A DNA stretch of 64,000 nucleotides from Flaccisagitta enflata. Lineage: Eukaryota. Position 1 is the first letter of the stretch; each line of letters starts with the position of its first letter. Made by a program: the position numbers and the translations under genes. The stretch spans positions 46,004,001 to 46,068,000 of the forward strand of contig OZ231126.1 of assembly GCA_965153355.1 (NCBI GenBank). The letters run 5' to 3'. Below the pieces are notes generated by a model. It did not search any database. It was not told the origin of the DNA and was given only the letters and a program-made list of their open reading frames with translations. Below, piece by piece: positions 11,191 through 23,440 of the stretch.

Positions 11191-11770
11191 ATGTCTTCAG
11201 AGTCGGCCTCAGAGTCTTCCGAGTCCACCTCCCCTTCCATACATGAGACAAAACGCTCGTGCGAGCGGCTTTTCTTTGCCATCAGACGTAAGAAAAAAAA
11301 ATTAAAGGAAAAGGAGAACATCGAGGAAATTGTTCGACAAACGTTGTCAGACATACTAAATGTCGTAGGTAAGAAGTGGTCAAGATTTTAAATTCTTTTT
11401 ATCCTTTAGCCAAACCATATTATTAATCATTAGTCATTCTACCCATTTTTTTCCCGAGACTTTTTTAGCTTTAATAGAAATGACATATCCATATTGTTGC
11501 AAGGTGTATGAACATGTAAGCAGATGTAGTTTGCACAGTATGGCACTGTCAATTATTTTGTAGCCAAAAAAGTCTCTGGCAAAAGTGGGTGACTTTGCAA
11601 AAACTCTTTTTTTAGCTGCACCCTCATCCTCCCCGACATTGGTGACAAGCACTGATGGTGAAATGACGGGGGACTCCTCCGACTCTGAGGTTTCCGACTT
11701 TTGGAGCGTCGGTTCAAAAAGAATGAGGACCTGGATTAGGTACTCTCGAGCGTTAGTCACGGGTGATTGA
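11191..11770 (+). CDS. Small two-exon protein (~110 aa; exons 11191-11368, 11616-11770), Ser-rich with an NLS-like RRKKKKLK
   Basis: GTAAG donor at 11369 and TTTTTTTAG acceptor at 11615; phase 1 joins the two ORF-track segments. Confidence 0.55.
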
Positions 11771-12176
11771 TCCTCCTCTACTCCATCGCCAGATATAGGC
11801 ACTGTCAATTCCGATTGATTTCTTCCGTTGTGGCGTTGTTACCTTGTGGCGTGGTTTCTGTGGCGTTCCAGCGATTTCTTTGTTTTCGTTTTTGGCGTTT
11901 TTCGTCTTCCAGCGTTTTCGGTTATTCCTTCTAGATGTTTAGTGATAATATAGATAGTAGTATACCGCGATAGTACTTTTACGTTCGTACCCATTTGTCA
12001 TTTTCATTTGGCGGGGCGAAAGCTAAAATCAGAAAATTTCCCGTAATCGCGAAAATTGTCATCAAAATAAACTGCGTTTGTGATACATTTCTGATTTTTA
12101 GTCCGATCAAAGCTTCAAGCTGTGATAAATTCTACTCATTTGTTTTTTGACAGGCAGGCACAACTAAATTCCAAAT

Positions 12177-13482
12177 ATGTCTTTGATGTTGCCTCGAGAA
12201 ATGCTAGACAATCTCATCCTGGATGTACGCTGCCTCATATGTTTGGCTCTGCCAACCGACGCACACATTTGCCGGAAATGCCACAAACCCTTTTGCTACA
12301 GCTGCATCGGCACCGCTTTCGAAGTCTACGACGTCGCGTCCTGCCCACACTGCAGGTAATGTCTGTTACAGCGATGCTTTGTACATATGTTGTAACTATT
12401 CTTTAACTGTTGTATTTTGTTCCCAATGGGATGATATTTGTTATGATTGCTACTGCACTTATGAAAATGAACCGGAATGTCATATGGTTTAACTTGCTGG
12501 GGGCCAACACCAACATGGTGGTCAAAGGCTCAAAGCTGCCAGTTAGCATCCTCTGCCAAGAAGAAGAGGACTATGACGTTTTGTTATTCCAAATTTCACT
12601 CGATTTTTTTGTGTATGTTCATCCCCTCCAACAAAACAAAAGCGTGCCTTAAAATTGAATGGTTTTCTAATTTATTTGTTCATACTTTTTTATTCACAAT
12701 GTTAATATGGTTTTTCTGTAGTCATGAGAATGGCGATATTTATTTGGGTGAGAAACTGGTTTTTTCTTATTTATTAGGCAGGTTTGGGCGAACTTAATCA
12801 AAAAAACGGCAATATGCAAATGAGGTTTTTATCTACTGAGACTAGCCGAAAAAAAAACTTGAAAGCAACACATGTCTGTTTTTAGATGCGTCCTCGCATG
12901 TCTATAAGAGGGTCTGTCCCTTAGTAGGTATGTATGTATGTATGTATGTATGTTGGTTGGTTGGTTGGTTCATATTTGTTATGCTCGCAACTGTACTTAT
13001 AACATATGCTATTTTCATGGGCAGGTTGGAGCTTCCCTTGGAGGGTTTTGTGCGTTCTCCAACGTTCAACATCATTGCTAAGACGCTGAAGAACGCCAAA
13101 CCGGCCTGCGTCGTCCATGACTATGCAGAGATCGAGATCTTTTGTGTTGACTGTTCCAAGGAGGGTTGCCGCTCATGCTGGATGTAAGTCATGTTTGTGT
13201 TTGTTGTTGGTGGGGGAGGCGTGTGGGGTTGGGTGATGGAATGGACTACTGTATGTAAAAATTTAGTTGTTTGAGATTAATATTTTGAGTAGCGGATATG
13301 TAAAGAAGTTTTCATGTGATTGGTTCTACAGAGAAAAACATTCCGAACACTACGTGGTTCCGCTGGAAGCCAAGGACAAAGTGGCGCCTTCACCGACGAC
13401 GCCGCCATCATCGCCATCGTCGCCGCCGCCACCTCCGCCGTCTCCGCCGGCGCCGGCGCCACCATCAGCCTCAGCAAATTGA
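12177..13482 (+). CDS. Mini-TRIM 1: TRIM37-like RING + B-box2 + Pro/Ser tail (162 aa), putative E3 ubiquitin ligase
   Basis: Exons 12177-12355, 13025-13183, 13332-13482. RING CLICLALPTDAHICRKCHKPFCYSC...CPHCR has Cys spacing like TRIM37 [25 protein letters not shown]...CPHCR. B-box CVVH..FCVDC..GCRSCWIEKHSEHYVVPL. Confidence 0.85.
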
Positions 13483-13558
13483 ACTCGTTTCGTTGTCAGT
13501 AGTCGGGCAGTCATGGTTAAGCAAAGCGTATGATGCGTATGCGTATGATGCGTCCAGA

Positions 13559-13672
13559 GCCTTCACGCTCCGTCAGGGAGACCGCGTCGCGCAGCTCATC
13601 TTAGAGACGTTTGACAATTTGGATTCCATGCGCGTTTTGTCCATTGGGGCTTCTAGCAACAGTGGACGTTAA
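13559..13672 (+). pseudogene. dUTPase C-terminal remnant
   Basis: AFTLRQGDRVAQLILETF...SNSGR* matches trimeric dUTPase motif IV (GDRIAQL). Motifs I-III are absent and motif V is degenerate. Confidence 0.65.
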
Positions 13673-14078
13673 CGTCGACGTTTTGCTTCGCAAGCCAATG
13701 CTGTCGGGAACCCATGGACTAAATTGAATGGGTTGCGACATTAGTGAAAGCGTTTTGTGCAATGCTAACAGTTAGTATCCTGTGATAACTGTTTTGTCCT
13801 AGTTAGTATATAACAATTATATTTGCCTCGACCGTCTTGTTTGCCGCCGTTTTAAAAAGCAAAGGCCTGGCCTAAGATAAGTATTACATTTGTGTCGATA
13901 ATGTTGAGCAACCATTTCATGTTCTCATCCAATTTTGGTTTTTGTCACTTCCAGTTTTCGTTTCTGTTCCGTTTTTCGTGTTTCGTTTCCGTTTTTGGAT
14001 ATTGTTGCCATTGATTTTTCACTGAAACATGGTTTGTGTTTCCCAGGCACGATTACGTAAATCAATATCAAAACAGAC

Positions 14079-14847
14079 ATGCCTTTGTTGATGACGAGAA
14101 AGCGCATGGAAGAGGCGGAAAAGGAGTTTCGATGCGGCATCTGCTTCTTGCTGCCAACTGAGCCGCACTTATGCGAGGTATGCGTCCAAACCTATTGCTA
14201 CGACTGTGTCGCGACGTTGATGGTCATGTACGAGCACAAGCGCTGTCCATATTGCAGGTATTATATGTTATAGGTATGATTGTTGTTATAGGAAATGAAT
14301 TAGTAACAAGATATTGCTGAATCGTTTGCAATACTTTGATCATATTTTACGCCCCTAGGTGAAACTAGCAGATTGCCGCAATACTTTTTACATATGGCAT
14401 TATCACGCGCAGGTCGGAGGTTACCATGGAATCGTTTCTACCCGCTCCGTTCATGACCACCCTGATTGAGGTTTTCAAGACAGTGAAGCCCGCCTGCGCG
14501 ATCCATAACGTCAAACCGCTGTCGATGTATTGCACAATCTGCGAGCTCGAGGGTTGCGACGCTTGCTGGCAGTAAGTCCTGTTTGTTTTTGTTGTACAGG
14601 ATAGGTATGAATACATTCCTAGTTTAAGATATGTTTCGGTTGCCTTGTCAGTGTAATTTGTGCTATTTTCACTTGACATGGTTTGGTAATTGATGTTTCC
14701 TCTCATCGGCTTTACAGGGAGCGTCATGTTGGACATCACATTGTTCCACATGCACCCGTTCAGCGGCCTTCAGTGTCGACGCCGCCGCCGCCGCCCGCCT
14801 CGCCATCATCGCCGGTAACGGGCTACGGAAGCGATGAAGTGGATTAA
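14079..14847 (+). CDS. Mini-TRIM 2: TRIM37-like RING + B-box2 + Pro/Ser tail (155 aa)
   Basis: Exons 14079-14257, 14413-14571, 14718-14847. RING FRCGIC..HLCEVC..YCYDC..CPYCR; B-box CAIH..YCTIC..GCDACWQERHVGHHIVP. Exons 1 and 2 have the same lengths (179/159 nt) as in paralog 1. Confidence 0.85.
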
Positions 14848-15327
14848 AAATTGTAAAAGATTAACGGGATACCGAAAGTATTGCCCCGTTAAAATTTCTA
14901 GTATGACATTGGGCCGTTATTGTACTGATAGTTGCAGTGTTAACAACTATCGCGCATCGTTTTGTTTGTTTACTGTATTTCTGTTTTCCTGGCGTTAGTC
15001 GTCCAGTCATAGTTTAACACAGCGTAGTGACTGTATGATGGACTGTTATGCCACACGTTATGGCATTGTAATATTGGGATCGTTACATTCGTTTTCTTTA
15101 TTTCTGTTTCCAGTGTGATATTTCTGTTTTGTTATTATTAAAAACCCAAACAACAGAAACTACAACCATTTATTTCCCACGTTTTGTTGATTTGTGTAAG
15201 CAACAAATTTGTTCGTGTCTGCTTTTGCTAGTAGCTGTGATAATTTTGTTAGCTCAGTCAGAACAATGGGCGTTCGTTTAAAATGATTATAGTAACTGTC
15301 AGATCCAGTTTAATGGTCTTGGCAAGA

Positions 15328-15558
15328 TTAGTCACGTACACGCGACTGTACTCCTTGCCGTGTCGGTCGGTCGGTCGGTCGGTCGGTCGGTCGGTCGGTC
15401 GGTCGGTCGGTCGGTCGGTCGGTCGGTCAGTTGGCCGGCCGGTCGGTCGGTCCGTCCGTCCATGCGTCTGTCCGTCACATTGATAAATTCCGCCCTAATT
15501 TTGCAGTACTGCTCCTGCCGAACCGTCCGCGACTGGATTGCCGTGTATCCGGCCTTGT
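15328..15558 (+). mobile_element. Helentron-associated (HINE/DINE-like) non-autonomous element nested in the CACTA element
   Basis: TTAGTCRCGT..ACGCGACT 5' hairpin, (GTCG)n microsatellite and 3' end GCCGTGTATCCGGCCTTGT, all shared with many copies in the window. Confidence 0.65.
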
Positions 15559-15636
15559 ATTAGTGAACTGCTATAGCCAGCAAGGAAACTACCCTGCGCT
15601 CAGGGTAGTTTCTTTGCTGGTTTTTTTTTACTGGGT

Positions 15637-15990
15637 TCTCGGCTATACAATTTTTGTATTCGGCTATACAATTATTGTATTTATTATGGGTTCTGGCGCT
15701 GAAATACAATTTTTGTATTTTTTTTTCCTGCTCGCTGCCTGCTCCTTTTTTATTCAATTATTGTATAAATTATGGAATACAATAAATAAATATCGTCGCC
15801 TTTTTTTATACAATAATTAAATATCGTCGTTTTTTTATACAATTTTTGTTTTTTCCTATACAATTGCTATACAATCGTCATACAACTCGTGTATTTGCTG
15901 TACAACTGCTGTACAACTGCTGTACAATTCGTTGTATTATCTAAAATACAATAACGTCCGTTGCTGTACAACACGACGATATTTATTTAT
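15637..15990. repeat. Right subterminal repeat region
   Basis: Repeated ATACAA-N3-TTGTAT palindromes, TACAACTGCTG and AAATATCGTCG motifs. Confidence 0.7.
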
Positions 15991-16363
15991 TGTATTTTTG
16001 GAAATTATTTTGAGTGTATGCAAACAGATTATTGGACTAATTGAACGAAAAACTGTGTCGTGCGCTTGATTGCAGGGGGTGTATAAAATTGAGTCGCTTT
16101 TGATTCCCCTCCCCCTGCCTTTGATTTTCTTCCCCGCGTCGCGTGGGATCACGTTTTAAAATATCTATGATTTTCTTTCCCATGGAGCTATAAAACAGTG
16201 TACTCTTTTTTTGTTATATGAACGTCATTTTTTGGACTAGCCTTCAAAGTTCTTAAATTTTCAGCAGTTTCAAGGCTCCAACGTTCCTAAATTGTTCTTA
16301 ATTCAAACGCAGTTTTTAACCTTCAGTTAACAATGTTCTTAATTAGTTAAGATTTATCATTAA

Positions 16364-17259
16364 GGCTTACATTTCCTCAAGATAGGCGACTAATTGAAAA
16401 TCTGTTTTCATGATGATTGGACTAATATGCGTACTGAGGGTCTGTATTTCAATTTTCGACTGTATAGCACTGGCCTGACCCGAATTACAAAGCAAAAACA
16501 AAATCAAGAATGCTTTGGCTAAGTTAAGGGGAAAAAATGAAAATTTTTAATGTATCAGTGCAGGATATGAACAACAGACTAATGAATCCGTCTGTCCTTC
16601 CTTAATCACAAATTCTCCGTCCAATGTCAATGTTTCAAAAAAATCAATTTCTATTCTCACCTTGCGCATTATCACAGCGCTCATGTCAGGCAATCTACTC
16701 ACTAGCCGCAGACGCTGACTGCTTTCATGAATTGTGCTTTAAAACTGATAGTTAGGGAGGCTAAAAAAAAGTTGATGAAAAAAATTGTTCATGAATTGTA
16801 TCTTTACCGTGTATTTTCTTTCGATTTTCATTTTAATGAATGACAAAATGATGGTAATTTTCTAGACGCTCGTTAGCCTGACTGGGGCAACGTAGGAAGC
16901 TGAAATTTTTACTGAAGATAGAGAAGACATGTGGCCAGGGTAGACCTGGAACAAATTCCCAAAAAAGCTACTAGCTATTGGCTACATTTTACAGATTTCT
17001 TCTTGGATTTATTGTATGTAAAATAATAAAATTGGAATTTTTTTACAGGTCTACCCTGGCCACATGTCTTGTCTATCTTCAATAAAAATTTCAGCTTCCT
17101 CCGTTGCCCCAGTCAGGCTAGCGAGCGTCTGAAAAATTGCCTATATTTGGGTTTTTTCAATTTTCTGAAATGTTTTGAAGGGGTTTCTTACACTAGTATT
17201 TGACATTCTATAAAAGAAAAAAAAATTCAGGGTAACTTCATTTTGAAGCAACGATAGCC
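16364..17259. mobile_element. MITE with TTAA flanks and GG..CC ends (Kolobok-like), with an internal ~85-bp inverted repeat
   Basis: TTAA|GGCTTACATTTCCTCAAGAT ... ATTTTGAAGCAACGATAGCC|TTAA; internal inverted repeat 16864-16948 / 17046-17130. Confidence 0.5.
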
Positions 17260-17593
17260 TTAAGGAGAAAATAAAGGAAAATGTCAATAAGCAGCAGAAA
17301 TGTCAATAAGCAGCAGATTTAAACGTTTTAAGTGAATTAAGATCAATGAAATTAGAAAGATACATACGATATAAAGTGAGACATTATTTGCTGAATTCAA
17401 AAAATACAGAGTATATATAATTATCTATTTACAATTAAAAAAAAGCCCAAAAAAAGATGTTCTTAGATTTTTAAGATTATAAACCTTATGTTTTCAAATT
17501 TTTCAAAAAATAAAGCCTTCCAATGTTCTTAGCATGTTCTTGAATTTTTGACGATTTGAAGCCTAGCGTTCTTATAAACTTGGTTCTCAAAAA

Positions 17594-17800
17594 ACAAGGC
17601 CAGATATACGGCTACCCCAGTCGCGTGCGGGTGGGCAGGGGCCATATTTGAGGTCAGTGGAGTATTTGGGCAGGAGCGGTAGAGCCAAAAACCCCATAAA
17701 CGCTGAAAAAGTAAAGTGTGACGGATCGACAGACAGACGGACGGACCGACGGACGGACCGACAAAGCGGGGTGTAGAGTCGCGTAGCACGCGACTAAAAA
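17594..17800 (-). mobile_element. HINE-like element, family A
   Basis: ACAAGGCCAGATATACGGC...(GACG/GACC)n...GAGTCGCGTAGCACGCGACTAAAAA. Confidence 0.7.
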
Positions 17801-20315
17801 GTGTAGTTAAGGTTTAGATAGTGTTGAATTGTGTTTTACTAATCAGTTTTTATCATTTATGATTTGGTACTGCCAAAAGATATATTTTCCCCGAATCTTG
17901 TTTCTCTTTCCCCCCCTTTCATTTCCTTCCCCATCTCCAAACCCCCCCCCCCCGTGGAGGGGGGGAACTCAATTTTTTACAGTTAAGCCTGATTGTAAAT
18001 TGATATGAGGGATAAAATTTTGCTGATTGAATGTTGGTGATGCAATTTGATCAGTTCAAGTATTTCGATTCCATCTTACCTGATTGTCATGGTCCGAGCG
18101 CTTAGCTCCATTCAGAGGTGTGAGAAATGACAGCGGTGTGACCATTTCAAGGACAGACACCGTTTTTTGTGTCATTATAAAGTCAGACTGGTCTTTCATT
18201 CGTCCAAATTCAGCGGAAATTGCTAGTATCATTTTGCTTAGAGTTAGCGCCGCAAAGATATTCATTTTTATGATATAGGAATATTACTCTTCAAAACTCT
18301 TCAAAATATGCGTTCTCTGGTAGAACCAGTCTGCAATGAAATCCTCGCCGAGGCAAATCCGTCTTTTTCCAGGTTTTTGTGTTTTGGCAGACCCACAGCC
18401 TTGAAATTCTCAAGTGATACATCGAAACGTGTTCGTGGATTTGGTTGGCGGACTAAATCGATTGTTGCCGACAGAGTTGTCGAAGCGGTTGACCGCTTGC
18501 GATCGGGAGGATAGGATAGCTACTAGCTTTTCAACTACAAATGGACGCTAAGCGGTGGAAGCGGCGTGAAAATTGACCGCTTCCACAACTCATGTGCGAA
18601 ACACAAGTCCCTTCTGATATGTTTTTTTTTGTAATTCAAAGGATGTAGGGATGTACGGACGGACAAATGTATGGACGTACAGACAGACAGATTCCCCCTG
18701 TGTTCCACAGGACTTCGTCTCCTTTGGGGCCGCTGCCCAAAAAACAAGGTCGTTTACATTATCCATTCAAATATGAATGGTGATCAATACGGATTCAGTA
18801 TTGATGTGGGTTTTTGTCATGATGCTTGTCATGACATTTGCATGGATTGTGATACTGTTGTTATTGTTGTCAATACCAGTAATGGCGGCTATCGCCGTGA
18901 TAAAAAAGGGTTGTAAGCATTGGACACTTTTCACCAAGCTTTTATCTTCAGTCCCTGCAGTTTTTTTTTATTTGTTAGATCAGATTAAGAGTAATTGTAT
19001 GTATTGATTGCAATGAAAATCAGAGAAAAATAGAACTGTGCCAAATGAGCTAGATGGGCTAAAATACTTTCTTGTATTTGCATGCTCAATTAAAACATTT
19101 ATTCTATTTATTCATCCTACAAAAAATCAGAAAAAAAGGTCGCCCAAAGGCAATATGTGGTCAGCAATACCCGTTGCCCTGCTTTGAGTGATTGTGAATT
19201 GGAGGGAGGGGAAGCAGGGCAGCGGTTCCAAAGGGGACAAAGTCCTATAGAACACAGGGGGACTTTTGTTCATCCTGCCTGAAGAAAGGGATGAGATGCT
19301 ATCGAGGGCTAACTGAAGGCCTTCTAGAGCTCAAACTGAGGTCTAAGAAGGCTGACTTGAGGCTTGGGAGAACTGGATTAAGGCTTGAAATCAGAGGACT
19401 TATTTGAAGCCTAGGAGCAATAAATTCCGGCTTAGATGGCTGATTTGAGGCCTGAAAGGCCTAAAAAACACCTCAAAATGAGCTGCCTATGCTCATAAAC
19501 ATGTTTCTTGTATTTGCATTAGGGATGTGGAAGTGATTGACCTCTTCTGTTCTGGTGGGTGGGATAGCTACTGGTATTTGAAATACAAAATGGAAGCAAA
19601 AGCGCAAGCGGAGGCGGTGGAAGCGGCATGCATGCTCAAACAAACTTAAATACACTCCTTTATTGATCCTACTTAAAATCATAAAAAATTGAAAATTAAT
19701 TTGAATTTTTCCTAAAGAAATTTTAAAATTCATAACGCAAAAATATTTGCCATAGAGCGCTCTGCTTGGCACCAAATAAAAGAGAATTATCAACTTTACT
19801 TACCCTATCGATTTCATCGGAGGACACATTTGGCCAATCAAAAGACGAAACTTTCACATAAGAAAATGAAAACCCTGTTTTTCTCAAAAAGTCGAAGATT
19901 GACTTCGACTTTTTCCCGATAAAACAAAACTATGCAATCCCTGGCAACTGCACCAAGCAACTCCAAGGCAACCCCAGACATCCCCGAGCACCTCAGGATG
20001 TAATGGCTTATTTGACTTTACACCTGTAGATTCACCATGAACATTTGTCACAAAACCCAATGATCTTATCAAGTTTTTTTCTCCCATTCTTTTGAATCAA
20101 GCATGTTTGTTCTTTAGTGCAAAAATGCAGGGGTGTCACCTCTAAATCACCATCTTTGCCTGTTTCGCCTATGCAGAATAACAGTGATACGCACACAATA
20201 CAACTCGTCATGACAGCAGGTGGTAAACAAGCAGAAGAACACCGAGACGAGAGAACCAAGAAGGATGAAAAAGTTTATCTAAAACGAGAAGAAGTACATG
20301 AATATTCCACCTTTG

Positions 20316-20373
<58 letters not shown>

Positions 20374-20461
20374 TTACTCAAAATTTGGTTCTTGTGTTCT
20401 CTCTCTCGTCCTCTTTTTTTTGTGTAATCCTGTTTTGTTTTTCCTCCACCCAAACCCACCA

Positions 20462-20518
<57 letters not shown>

Positions 20519-21214
20519 GCTTTTAAGTAAAAAGATATCAAAATCATGTACTACCCCATGCATCAAGGATATGTATCTTTCATGTTCAATCATATAATGA
20601 ATGTATACCATAAAAAAAGGTTGATGAGGACAAGGAATAAAGATAAACAAAACACAATGATTCTTTGGTACTAGTCGGTGTAGCAAGTACACTTTTTTTT
20701 TACAAGAACCTAGTTTATAAGAACATCAAGGCTTCGAATGGCCCCAAAACCAAGAACAACTAAGAACATACAAAGGCTTCAAATCTTGAAAAAAACATTT
20801 CGCTTAAAGTAACATTTAAAGTACATTAACAAACCACTACTATTTTGATATAATTAAGCTAAGAATTTTTAATTTCTAATATAAAAACCAAGAAAATATC
20901 CCCAGACATTAATGTTTAGCATTCATTTCAACAGTATTCAAAAGAAATATATTCATTACTATCAAATAATAGTATATTATAAGTTTCCTTATAGTTTATA
21001 TAATATTTTAAATTAAGAACGCTCTAAGAACATTCATTTGGATTTGAAAATAAGAACATGAAGCCTTCGAGAAAAAAAATGACGTTCTTATAAAAAAAAA
21101 GTTTAGATTGGACAATAGGAAAGTCCAAATATTATTGAATCACAAACTGCCTGTCGTTTGGAAAGATCTTCTGCATGATCTTCTGCCATAATATGATAGT
21201 TGTCATAATTTGGA

Positions 21215-21270
<56 letters not shown>

Positions 21271-21429
21271 TCTATCTTATGGTCTACCAAAGGCTATTTC
21301 ATTCCTTACCTCCATTAATACATCTTCGACCTTCTCCCAGTGAGAGTTTTTCCCTGCACGTATAGACGTTCTAAGAATTTGTTAGCGAAATTCGGAATTC
21401 ATGAAAAGTATCTTCCTTACCAATGGTAC

Positions 21430-21489
<60 letters not shown>

Positions 21490-22641
21490 ATTCAGTCTCA
21501 CGTGCGCGTCAGCGTGGTTCTTCCCAGTGGTTCCGTTGCATCTTGGTACCATTTAAGGGTCCCTCTTAGGTTTCTTCCGTTGCTTTCTTCCTTCCTTCTC
21601 TATTTCTCTGTCATCTTTTACAGGACAATTTACAAGGGGCTCTCTCTCTCTCTCTCTCTCTCTCTCCCACTGGTATCGTAGATTTCCCCCGCGTACTGCG
21701 TGAACGCGTTCTTTCTTATTTCTCTCACGTGACCTAATTTTTCTCCATTAGCGATAATCATCGTTTGTTTACTTCCCGTTCACGTCTTCTCTTCTGGCTT
21801 TCGATAACGTTAATACAACTTGTTTTGTTCGAAAAAAAAACAAAGAACAGGTACAAAAATTTGAGAAAAAAAAGAAGAAATATTTTATAACCAAAAGAAG
21901 CCAACTAAAACAAATCCAACACAAAACAAACACAAAAACATGACAAAAACAAAACATAATGACAACCAAGAAAACCAAAGCCAGACCAAACACAAAGAAA
22001 GCAAATGCAATAACGAGGCCGGATACACGGCCATCAGTTGCGGACGGGTGGGCAGGGGCGGAAATACGCGTTTTCCCTACTTAATCTCCTGAGTGTGACT
22101 GGATTAACAGATTGACTGACGGGCCCAGGCTACTGGACTTGGCAAGAACTTAATAAAATTTCTCAGAAAAGCTGCAACTGCACCAAAACATAAAATAAAA
22201 GAGTAAGAACCACATCTTGGTTGAGGTCCAATTCAGGCTTTTGTTTGTTTGCTTTTATTTTGTCCTTATTTTGTTTTTGTTTTTGTTTTTTCATTATTCT
22301 TTTTTTGTTTCTTTGTTTTGTTTTTTCTTTTTGCAATACCTACCAGGTTGATTTTAGACTGGTATGAGATTTAAGGCGTTTTAAGCGGGTATTGTATTTA
22401 TTGATAGGATTGTCTATGGCCTCTAAAATGTTTCACACTAAAACACTTCTTTCGTGATTCATTGGACGCCCTTAATGTTTAATAAAAAACTTAACTTCCA
22501 GAATAATACAACAAGCGGTTCCTGTTTGGTCCCTTTACGTGATTCTGTCAGTCATGTATACCTGTCCTCATATTATCGTCCCAACAGCTGCCTAGTTGCA
22601 ATTGAACACTCTTTTAAGTCGCGAACTTCTCGACTATACAC

Positions 22642-22940
22642 TAGGGTGACCGAAAGTATGGTCAAATTTGAATTCCCTCTTCGACGCGGGAGAAATGTGA
22701 CCATTTCCATCACAGTCTTCACAGATAACCTTAAAATTGGTAATGATCAGATAAAGTATACCCATGACCGCCACCCCCCTTATATCTCATAGAAAATGAA
22801 CATAAAAGATTTTGGTTTGTATCATTCCTACGTTTTAAAATGATCACCAGATTTTAGAATCATCATCTGTGGTGAAAATGGACACATTTCTCCCGCGACA
22901 AAGACGAAATTCAGATTTGACTATACATTCAGTCACCCTG
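22642..22940. mobile_element. hAT-like MITE inserted into a HINE-like element
   Basis: TAGGGTGAC...GTCACCCTG with ~70-bp imperfect TIRs and imperfect 8-bp flanks CTATACAC/CTCTATAC. Family A sequence resumes after it, to ~23184. Confidence 0.6.
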
Positions 22941-23440
22941 CTCTATACCCCGCTTTGTCCGTTCATTGATCGATCGATCGGTCGTTTGGTCTGTAAAGTT
23001 TTATCTTTTAACGTTCTTTAACGTTATTTAACGTTATTTAACGTTTTTTAACGTTATCTTTTTAACGTTTTTTAACGTTTTATGGTCTTTTGCCTCACTG
23101 CTCCTGCCCAAATATCCTCGGGACCTCAAATACGGCCCCTGCCGACCCACACGCGACTGGGGTAGCCATGCATCCGGCCTTGTTTATTCGTAAATTTGAT
23201 GATATGATCACATTTTACATCAAACATGATATTTTTACAAAGACAAAAAAAAATCATTTAATGAATATGAAAATAACTAATACATTATGAGATAAAAAAC
23301 ATAAATCATGACTGAGTGAAACATTGCAGAGCGCGGCTCTGTGAGTGATTGATAGCTACTAAGCAATTCTCTTTGCATCAGTCAATCACCTCTGCCACAT
23401 TTGCACCACTACCCCAATATTTGTGCAAGCGAATGTTAGC

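Larger units (their letters stand above)
1..16081 (+). mobile_element. Large CACTA/EnSpm (CMC superfamily) DNA transposon with cargo genes; left terminus outside the window, right terminus approximate (16077-16081)
   Basis: CMC-type transposase followed by a spliced ORF2. Subterminal repeats with ATACAA-N3-TTGTAT palindromes at both ends (40-295 and 15637-15990). Candidate right end ...TGTCGTGCGCTTGATTGCAGGGGGTG reads CCC/CAC on the minus strand. The TIR pair and TSD cannot be confirmed. Confidence 0.8.

Noticed and set aside
12410-12797. ORFs inside intron 1 of mini-TRIM 1
   Set aside because: No recognisable domain and no convincing splice acceptor; the paralog lacks this sequence.
18056-18530. 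Coding-like minus-strand segment ending at a CAG|GTAAG donor
   Set aside because: Interrupted by stops, no identifiable product and no partner exons found.
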